Positions 54,184 through 64,000 of a stretch of 64,000 nucleotides of DNA are shown here, piece by piece. The translations under genes were made by a program, and so were the position numbers. Below the pieces are notes generated by a model, which saw only the letters and a program-made list of their open reading frames with translations, searched no databases and was not told where the DNA came from. How positions within the stretch are numbered: the stretch's first letter is position 1; each line of letters begins with the position of its first letter. Source of the stretch: Cercozoa sp. M6MM (taxonomy: Eukaryota; Protista; Endomyxa: Ascetosporea); assembly GCA_040357565.1 (NCBI GenBank), contig JBDODJ010000005.1; one strand, 5' to 3'.

Positions 54184-54552
54184 CTCGGTTACGGGCACTT
54201 AACGACCACTCGAGTGCTGCGGGCATTCCTAGCATCTGGGCTCACCCTGCTGACTACACTCTCGCACGGTTCTGCATTTTGCACGTCACGCCCAGCGCCT
54301 GCCACGCCAGTTCCTTAGTTTTGAGCATGAAGGCCGCATTACTGAGAAAAAGCAGAGTAAGTTTAAAACCAATCGATGGCATTATTTGCGGAAAGTGTAA
54401 ACTTAAGTTTAGTGAGCAGCAGTCTGAGGATCTGAACAAAATCTCTGGCGAGTTGTCAGCGTTCGGACTTTGGTGCCGACACGGGGGCGACCGGGCTGGT
54501 AAAAATGTATAATCTCGTTGTTGGGTGAGCGTTTGGACAGACTATTGCGCTT

Positions 54553-55108
54553 ATGATGTGGCTTTGGATTTTGCCAGTCCTGTTCGCCACGAAACAGGGG
54601 CAGGCCACCTCGTCAAAAGGCCAGTTTGGATTCGCGTTGCTGAGTACGGGCAAAGTGCAGAACGGCGTCGAACTGTTTTCGGCACTGTACGAACATGCAA
54701 CTTCAAAGAGCCCGGCACCAGCGGTTGCTGAGCCGGCAGCGAACGCCAATGACGACCTTGAAGGAATTGCGCTGGTGAAAAGTCTGGACTTGATTGTCGA
54801 GCGCTACGAGGCGCCAGGACTCATAGCGGTGGCGCACCCGGACTACGACTTCGCGGTGTTGGTTGCTACCAAACGCATACCGAGACTCGGCGAAGATGGC
54901 TGGCGCAGCTTCATCGCAGAACTGCGGGAGTTTATTGAACGAGAGTTGCGCGAGGGCTCACTGAGAGACTTCAAGCCACGCGAGCGACCAAGAGAGGAGC
55001 CCTTCAACAAAACCGTGCAACTTCGAATCAAACGAGTGGCCAAGTGTACCGCTTCCTCGCCTATTTCCGTGTGCGTGTGTGTTGATGTGTGTGTGTGTGT
55101 ATGTGTTG

Positions 55109-55168
<60 letters not shown>

Positions 55169-57896
55169 TCGCCGAAATAAACGTAGCACCGACTCCGGCA
55201 GAGAAGTCGACAGAATTGATGTCGCTCAGCGTAATATCTTTGCAGTGAACTGAGTGGATTCTTCGTTATTTTCTGTTCAGATAAAGCAGCAGCCAACAAG
55301 CGACAACTTGACGCTGCAATTGGCGCTTAGCGTCGATGTGTATGGCGTTGGATTGTTCGATCTGCATTTCAAGGACTTCCTTCTAAGTTTAGTGACCTCA
55401 ACTACAGCAATCTAACTCTGCACGCGACATGTATATGAACACTGTGCCCTGTTGTTACTTTAGTGGCCTCACGAAGTTGTGGCCCTGCTCGCGACGCTGC
55501 CAATCGACGAGAAGCTCAAAGCATCCTGCAACAAGTTGAGCTTACCTGGAGCCGAATTAGATGCCGCCGACGTCTGTTTCACACTGCTGCCTGAGATGCC
55601 CGACCTCGAACTGACGGTGCTTGGTATTTGCACTGTCTTTTAATTGTTTTGTATCTCGAAAGTCCAACGCTCGCTCTTCCAAGCAGACCCAGCATCGAAA
55701 AGCATGTCCGACACCCAGGGGCATCTTGGCCTGCAGGTGACACTCGAGACGACTCTGCCACTGACGTTCGCGTTGTCGTATCCGCCTTTCATCAAGCCTC
55801 TCCTTGTCAAAGCAGAGGGCCTGTCGTGGATCGAGTACGACTCCAACACAGACGACGGATTGGCAGTTCGCAGATTCACTCGCCTGGCACTGCAACACCT
55901 CGTCAGCGAACGATCGGAACATGCTGACCTAAAACTCATCGTACTCTGTGTTACTTGGTTCAGTGATACCCTATCTGTGGGCATGTGATGGGATGGCAGG
56001 AAACACTCCCGGGCACCTCGCCTTTCCGAGTCGAAGTGAGAGCAGTTGAGAACTTCCAAGTCAACATTGACCCAACCAAAGCCGAGATTGAGTACGTTTT
56101 CTGCGACGACACAGTGCACGTCCTGGCATGCACAAACTCCATCTGTCTGATCATACTCGACGCTGCCTTGGTAGCGAGTTTTCGTACTACTGCCTGAGTG
56201 TCATGAGTATTAAACTACACTGCATTGTTGGGCCAACGCGCAGTACCCGCACAAGGTGGGACAGCTACTGATGTACCAAGCTGGTGAACTCTTTGGAGAC
56301 AAAGGGGCGAAAGTAGCAACTTCGCAGCTTTCGCGACACCTGAAGCCGAGTGCACTGTGGTCGCCGAAACGCAAAGTTCCAGCTGTGCCGTGGTCGCTGC
56401 TGTCGGCGCAGTTGCCTTTGCCAGAAGGAGAGGGAAGAATAGTGTCAATGGAGTGCCTGAAGGACATAGTCGGACGAGTCTACCCGCATGCGCACGTTGA
56501 AGTCTCCGAAGCTGCTGCCGAGCAACGTCGCGTGAATCTGAAGAGACTTTTGCAAGCTGTCGAATCGTCCAAGCCCGCACCAACTAAGCCTGAGGAAACT
56601 CCAACTGAGCAAGTGCCGAAGCCTCAGCCACCACCGCAGGCAGTGCCTTTGAGGACGCCGACCCGCACTCGCGAACTTCCCAAGTTGGCTGCACCGGCAG
56701 CGACACCTCCAATCCCACCGGGCGACGCTCTCTCCGATGTCGCCGCCGACTCCGACCGACGGAAGCTCAGTGCCAAGTGGCTCCTCGGAGGAGGCACTGG
56801 CATCGGACCTGACTACCGCAACACGCCGATACGTACGCTGGTCCGCTACGCGTTGCTGTACGTTGCCGTGCCGCTAACTCAGGTGCTGTTGGTGCTGCAC
56901 TTGCGACCGCGTCCAAAGAAGGCTCGCACCAGGCCTGTCTGTCCTCATTGTCATCCTGACCGTGCTGGAGGTGCGTTTCTGCCTTTTCTGACTGTATAGG
57001 TTTCATCTTGTGGAGTGGGGTTTGTATTGTTACAGGACGAAAGTGTCTTGACTGGAACAAGTGCGCACCGCGAGACAGGGCAGCACTCCTGGTCGCAGGT
57101 GTGCTTCTTTTCTCTTGCTGTCTCTCAAAATGCCAGTGGCGGTCTGGCACCCTGGTATCTTTTGTTTCACCCTGGCATCTTTTGTTTCTCGCTCAGAGTG
57201 CAACTGCGACTGCAAGGAGCGACTTGAGGATATCCCGTCGCCGCACAGTCCAAGCACTCAGGTGGCAACACGTGCGCTGGCCACAGGCGGCTTCTTTGGC
57301 GGCAGTCTCTTCGTGACCGAGGAAGGCACTCCGGCAGGACGGCGACGTCACTCGCACGGCGTGCTGTTCGCCAGCGGTGGCGACAACCCGGTGAACATTC
57401 TCGCACTGCTGGTGCAACCCAACGAGGCCGCCAACACACTCGGCATCGACGCTCTGCGACGCTTCACTGTGTTGTGCGACCTAGCGACACTCGACAGCAC
57501 GCTCGATCAGTCCAGGTACTTTGGTGCTCTCATTGTTGCATGGAGGCACGCACTGAGCATACTACTGTACGGTTGTAGTACCAGGGAGGAGGGCACGCAG
57601 GTCTGGCTGGTGAAGAGGATGATTGCCCGGTCGGCCGACTGCAACACCCTCACCGTGCTGGTCATGAATGCCGACACGGGCGAGACCGCGTGCGCCAAGT
57701 TCACGAGTGCACACCACCGCGAGAGTCGACGCAACCACGCGCGCAGTATTGTGACCACTCTGGCACTGAAGGGACGTGCAGACTACTGCGCGCTGCCTTT
57801 CGCCTGGTCGGCCTCTCCGCACCTGTCGCGTCGACCTCCGGTTCCGGCCTTTGTTGAGCTTTCGACGGTTCGAACGGTGCTTTCCATTGGGCTGCT

Positions 57897-57947
<51 letters not shown>

Positions 57948-57957
57948 NNNNNNNNNN

Positions 57958-58006
<49 letters not shown>

Positions 58007-59187
58007 CATGAAGATATGCAACAGGTAAGCACCCTGGCAGCTCTGATGGAACTAGCGCTTTCGAAGGACCAAGGCACAGCAGCGATAACGACGGAACTGC
58101 GCGAATCCGCGCTGCTGTCGCTGCCATCGGTGCTGTCCTGGACTGCCCAGATCCTTGTTGGTACTACTTGCCCGTATGTCTGGACTTGACTTGTGACTTG
58201 ACTTGACTTGCGGCAGCTTTGGAACAGCTGCACCAACGCGGCGTTGTTCATTGTGATGTCAAACCGTCTAATATTGTCATTGGCGAAGATATGGGTACGT
58301 CAGACAGGAACCGAACATTTCCGACCTGACTTTGTCTAGCTGGTCTCTGTTGACTGCAGATGCTCAACTCTGCGACTTTGGTTCCGCCACGCCGCTGCGC
58401 TGCCTGAACCAGGCTGCGGAACCGCAACAGCAACAGCAGCAACAACAGCAGTCGCGACAACAACAACAGCAGGAAGACACCGAAGCAACGAGTATCGCCG
58501 AAGAAGAGGAGAAGCTGTGTCGTGAACTGTGTCGACTTGTGGAAGCTCGTGCAGTCGACTCCGCCAGTCGCCAAGACAGACCGCGCAGACCTCTGCCGAC
58601 CACTCCCGAATACGCAGCCCCAGGTATACCTTCAGTCTAACCTTGTGAGACTTGAGTGAGTGCTGTGTCTACTGCCGGAGTGGAGCAGAGTCGATACACC
58701 CGACGAAAGGACGTCGCACCTCACGAGTCGACGTGTGGGCGCTCGGAGTGACCTTGTTTGAGGCATTGAACGGCTGCTCGCCCTTCTGGCACGTGACTGG
58801 CTGCGTGCGCACACAAGCCAACAGCGGCGGCAGCGGCAGCAGCGACTCGCGCCGAATGCAGATGAACCGCATGGCACTCCAGCTGCACGTTGGTGGCCTG
58901 GCCGAGCTACTGCACACTGACGTCTCCACTGCCAGTGCCAATGCCAGTGCTCCTGACCTCAGATGGCGTGTGGCAGGTATTGCACAGACACGAGTTAAAT
59001 GCGCTGTGTTCAGTCACCTTTTCATTGTGTAAATGTTGCAGTGCCAGACGACGTGCGGAGTCTGGTGTCACTCTGCTTGTGTCACGACCCGGATAGACGG
59101 CCCTTCTGCCGAGATTTGCTGCGACTCCCGGTTTTCGACGCGGTGCGACCCTCGCTGCCGCCTCCTTTTTCGAGCAACTCGGGCTGA
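54553..59187 (+). CDS. Ser/Thr protein kinase (domain at about 57580-59150) with a long N-terminal region, possibly receptor-like; the 5' part may be a separate gene
   Basis: LHQRGVVHCDVKPSN, LCDFGSA, TPEYAAPE, DVWALGVTLFE and DPDRRP motifs. Upstream exons can be joined in frame at least from about 56256. Confidence 0.75.
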
Positions 59188-59544
59188 ACTAAGTGTGATT
59201 AACAATTGACGCGAAGTAAACTGAGCGGCAAAGTTTCGTGTGAGTGTTCAAGCGTCAGTTTAATGGTTTTACTTCTCGTTGTAGTCGATAGTTCAGTTTA
59301 CGAAAAGGGCAATACACTGTACAGTACGCAAACAATGTCGTTAACAGACGATGTTGTTGCATAGACGTTTTTCAACGCTTCCTTAACACAAACTGAGACT
59401 GATCAAGTCGTTCGTTATAGTCGACGACGTAGGGTCTACACGTGGTTAGGTAGTACGAAAAGTACAACAGACGCACAATCGTGAATCCTCGTCACCGAAA
59501 ATCAATTTGACAAAAAGCAGAGCAAAATAAAGTTCTCCGCTCGG

Positions 59545-62500
59545 ATGCAGGAGAAATACGACACTGGGTGGGCGTACCCCGCGCCCTTCCCAATGCAACA
59601 ACAAATGCACTTACAGCAATTCCTTGGGTACGCTTTGGTATTGATTTTGACTCTGTACATCGATGTGTATGTTCTGTGCAGTCCACACCAAGCGACCCCG
59701 TTGGGTGAGGGCTTCCTCAGCGTGCGCATCCCGATGCAGGCGCCCGTGACGCAGGTGCACCTGGACCGGCACGATAATCTGCTCTGGCTGGCCAGTGCGG
59801 CCGGTCAGGTGCGCGCCTTCCAGATCGGCAGCTTCGAAGCCGCGCTGGCCTGGCGTGTGCAGACACAGCCCCCTGCCAGCGGCAGACCGCACGTGCATCC
59901 GCGTCCGCGCGGAGTGCCAGTGACAACGATGCTGGTTGACCCGTCCTACGTTTTGACCGGCGGGCCTGGCGTGTTGCAGGCGCACAACCGCGCGGGCGAG
60001 TGTCTGTGGCATAAGCAAGGCGACGAACTCGCGCACCTTAAGTCGGCTGCCCTGCTGACGAAATCGCACACACTCGCACTTGTGGTATTTCCCTCCTTCG
60101 CTGTTCTGTCCGCTGATTTCCCTGTGACCGTTTGCTGACCTAATTTTGGTTTTACAGACCAAGGAAAGCACTCCGGAGGTGCTGCGTCGTGCGAGTGCTC
60201 ACGTAAATAAATCACTTTATTGCCCCTTTCGACCCATTCTTAGCTGCAGTTTTCATTCTCAAAATCGGATTTTGACCCTTTTAAACTCCATTTTGACCTT
60301 TTTTAACCATCGTTGCTTCTTTCTTCTAGCTGCCGGCACACACCGGTCCGACGGAGAAATCAGCGCGGTATTGTTCGGCTTGCTTTTTTGCTGCCTAAGG
60401 GAGATCAAATAGCAAAACTCGTTTTATTTTCTTGCAGCATTCGTTTCTTTGATGTCGCTTCGCAGTCGTTCACTGGTGGCTCCATCACACTTCCGCCCGG
60501 AGGGTTCGGTATCTTGTTGGTTTTCAAGTTTTTCGTATTTTCGCACTTCCGCGCGGAAGCGGTAATGACCAATTTTGTTGCATTTTCACAGTGCGCGACA
60601 GTGCGCCGGTGGTGGCGCGTTCGTCGTCGCACGGACGGACGCTGTACGTGTCACACAGTGCGCGCTTCGACGTGCTGGATGTGCGGCAGCGTAACCGCGT
60701 GGCTGGCGTGACGGCACCGCTGTCGTCGCCTTTCACCGTAGGGGGCTGTTTTACCCCCACCCCCCACCCATTTCACCCCTTTACCTTGTCCTTACCCGTT
60801 TCTCTCCCTTCTGGACAGTCGATCGACGTGTCGGACCAGTATCTGATCGCATGCTCTGCCTACGATCCCAACAGGTGCAGTACTCCTCCCTCCTGTTCTC
60901 TGTTGCTGTGACTCTGGTGAGGTGTGTACAGCATCGTGCGCGTGTACGACGCGCGGCACGTGGGCAAGCCGGTCAACACGATCCGCGCGAACCTGCAGAA
61001 CGTGGCGGCAGTGTCGTTCGCGTCGGGCTACGCGCCCAACTCGTAGGCTCGCCTGTGACTTGACTGGGTCACGGAGTGACTGGCCACGTGAGTGACTGAC
61101 CACGTGGGTGACTGACTGAGTGAGTGGGCACGTGCGCAGGTTCCTGGTGTCGAGCGGCATGGGCGGCGCGCAGCTGCTGCACGTGAACGCGCTGCCAGAG
61201 GACGTGCAGAGTGCGGCCATGGTGCCGACCGACGCGGGCGCCGGGTGGAGTCTCAGCGCGGCGTGCGGCGACCTGGTGCCGCCTTTCACCGGCGCCGTCG
61301 GTGTCAGCACCGGGCCGCAGCACTACGCGCACGTGTGCACCTCGAGCAACGCGCGCTTCGTCTGCAGTCGCCGCGCGCAGATGCCGCTGCTGGCCTCGGT
61401 CACACGCACTGTCACGCACTCTGGCAGTGGGCCCAGTGGTACGCACGTGGTCTCACTGGGTGTGGTCACTGGGTGGGGTGGTCGCTGGGTGGTGTGGTCA
61501 TTGGGTGGGTCACTGGAGTAGTCACTTGGCACCTTGTGTCTGTAGAGTGGGTCGGCGATATGCCCAGACGAGCTGACATTCTCAGCACTGTGGGTTTTGC
61601 TTAACCCCCCCCCCGTTACCCCCTGTCTTATCACCTTAACTCCCTCTTACCCCTCCCCCACTTTACCCATCCTACCCCATCTTACCCCTCTCGAGTGCAG
61701 GCCGTGGCGCAGCAAGATCTGCCTCTTGCGAGTGACTGGCCCGAGATGACCAACCTGCCTGCACCGGTAGCCTTGTCTCTCTCGTGTTACCCCCTTCTTA
61801 CTCCCCTTGGTAGATTAAATCCACGACGGAACCGGATCCGTTTGTTGGTGCCAGAGGTACCCTTTACCCCTACCTTCATTCCTACCCTTGTACCCCTCAC
61901 CCCGCAGTGTGGGAGCCTCCCTCCTGTCTGGGACCGGTGGACACGCGGCGGGTGACCGAGCTGAGCAGCAGCAGCGACGGTTTCGTGCCGGCGCCGCGCA
62001 ACGTCGACACGCGCTCGGTGGCGCTGATGCGGCGCTTCACTCCGCGCGGTGCTCAGGACGCGCAGAGCAGTCTGGCGAAACGCGCCTATGGCGTACCTCT
62101 TCCTTAACCTTCCGGTCCATTTGGACTGTCTGTTTGGACGGTCCACAAGGACTATACATTGTGCACAGGTCAAGGAGGCCGATGCAGTCACGGAGGCGGA
62201 TCGAACGTCGCGTGAGCAGCAGAAGAAGTGCGGCATGGCGCGAGCCACTGTAGTGTCGCGCTTTACCCCTCCCCCCTCTTACTCCCTCTTATATCTCCTG
62301 TACCCCTATCCTGCAGGTGGCCCTGTCGGAGAAACGTCCACCCAACTACGAGTACAGCAAGCGCAATCGCACCGTGGTGCCGGGCTTGGACAACCTGCTG
62401 CCGAACTCGAGTTGCAACGCGCTGCTGCAGCTGCTGTTCTGGTCGTCGACGCCGTTCCGCCACTTCTTCATGTCGCACGTCTGCCTGCGCGCCGATTGTC

Positions 62501-64000
62501 TGAGGTTACCCCTCCCTTTTACCCCTCCCTCTTCCTCCTTCCCCTTACGCCCTCCCCTTTGCCCTTCCCTCTTACCCCTCTTACCCCTCTTACCCCTTCC
62601 CGCAGTTGCCAGCTGGGCTTCCTGTTCTCGCTGCTGGAGCAGCGCGGCGGTCCCACCAGCGACGTGGAGCGACCGCCGGTACGTCTTCATCTTTTGCCCC
62701 CCATTTGCTACCCCCATTCACTTCTCCCCCGTTTACCCCTTCTATACCCTCTTCACACCCTTACCCCTACCTCCTGTAGGAAGCGCGGCAGTTTTTGCGA
62801 GTGCTGGCGAAACGAAGCGAAGCCGAACATTTGCAGCTGCTCGACGATGCGTCGATTGCTAGGTTTTACCCCCCCCCCCACACTTAACCCACACTGACCC
62901 TTTACCCCTCCCCACGCAGCGGCGATCGGTCACAGTCGCTAGCCGCGCGGATACAGGAGTTGGCGCGTTTCTTGCTGACCACGCTGGACCGCGAGAGCGC
63001 GCGCCCCGGCGCTCCGAGCGATCGCGAGTTGCGCCGGCAGCATCGCGCCAGTCGCAGTCTGCTGGGGTAGCCCTCCCTGCCTATTACCCCATTACCCCTT
63101 TTACCCCCCCCCCCGCCAAGTAGTCTGCCGAACAAGCGCGAGGTGACGCCGGAGACGTCGCTGAACGCGTCGTTGTTGAACCTGTCGCTGGTGAGTGCCT
63201 CGGCAGCAGACGGCGGCAGGGCTGACCTCAGTCTGCTCAGTGAGTCACTGGGCGATCAGGGTGACCAGGACAAGCAAGACAAGGACAAGGGAGACGAGGA
63301 CAAGGTAGACAAGGACAGGGAGAACACGGCGGCTTCGATGGTGTCGGCCGCCTTTGGCACGGTGCGCCGCAATGCGCGTCGGTGTCGCCGCGGCCACTGC
63401 ATCGACCGGCGCACGACGCAGTTCGTACTGTCGCTGCAGTACTCGCAGTCGCCTAACGACAGCATCGAGGACGTAGTTTTGCCCCCTCTTACCCCCTGTC
63501 TTACCCCCTTTACCCCCACCCCCTCGCCCACAGCTGCTGCGCAAGCAGCTGAGCGGCAGCGAGGAGCAGGACCGCGTGTACTGCGACCAGTGCCGCGACT
63601 ACTCGGCCGTCACGCGGCGACGACAGGTCGTGTCGCTGCCCAACACGCTCCTGGTGGCCGCCAACTGCCGCAGCGAGGTATCTCTACCCCTCATTACCCC
63701 TAACCCTACTTCTTACCCTACTCCCTCCCCCTCTCCCCCACTACTCCCTGGGACAGGAGCAACTGGCATGCTGGCGAGAGCGGAGTTTCCTGCCGCCCAA
63801 GATCACGCTGACGGAACCCTCGGAGAGTGAGGAACAAGGCTGTCCACTAAGAGAGGTGTGCTACGAACTGGTGTCGGTGGTGTCGCACGTGGCCGATGCC
63901 GTGCCACAGCGAGCCAACACGGCGCGACACCGCGTCGGCGGACAGCACCTGGTGGCGCACCTTCGACTGCCGAAACGCATCGCCAAGTTCCGCCTGCGAC
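59545..64000 (+). CDS. PAN2: PAN2 deadenylase subunit (WD40 and pseudo-UCH domains; runs off the window before the DEDD nuclease)
   Basis: WD40-like N-terminus, then YSKRNRTVVPGLDNLLPNSSCNALLQLLFW, HVCLRADCL|SCQLGFLFSLL, YCDQCRDY..SLPNTL and YELVSVVSHV..HLVAHL. Confidence 0.88.
60738..63756 (+). repeat. Degenerate intronic TTACCCC(T) and GTGAC/GTCAC arrays within PAN2 introns
   Basis: Examples: cttacccctcttacccctcttacccc at about 62570-62596 and gtgactgaccacgtgggtgactgactgag at about 61092-61120. Confidence 0.85.

Noticed and set aside
57148-57188. 20-nt tandem duplication CACCCTGGYATCTTTTGTTT
   Set aside because: Only two copies inside an intron, consistent with a simple slippage duplication. 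It is not a CRISPR array or a transposon end.

Overview
Gene-dense, intron-rich eukaryotic DNA, probably from a flagellated protist (BBS5 is present; I cannot assign the lineage from sequence alone). It uses the standard genetic code, short GT-AG introns of mostly about 45-130 nt, many intronic (TG)n/(CA)n microsatellites, and has 7 assembly gaps. Genes recognised by manual splicing: a Deg/HtrA protease C-terminus, a GSTCD-like methyltransferase, BBS5, COX11 head-to-head with a PRDX5-type peroxiredoxin, a CAMK-like kinase, an F-box/LRR protein, an FHA protein, cofilin, a CBM48/ankyrin protein, kinesin-14, a 7TM receptor, RPL17, a second kinase and the 5' part of PAN2. The most interesting signals: (1) a structured ~320-nt minus-strand ncRNA candidate ending in T6, with RNase P-, telomerase- and Sm-like motifs; (2) unusual splicing signals, with 5' splice sites mostly lacking +5G and PAN2 introns built from tandem TTACCCC/GTGACT motifs; (3) a tandem pair of novel proteins with a C-terminal F-box-like motif and apparent gene-conversion tracts; (4) a divergent actin with an F-box inserted into the fold; (5) a secreted protein with a Het-C/Zn-PLC/RHS-toxin-like His motif. 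All exon structures are manual inferences, and outer coordinates of hypothetical genes are approximate.
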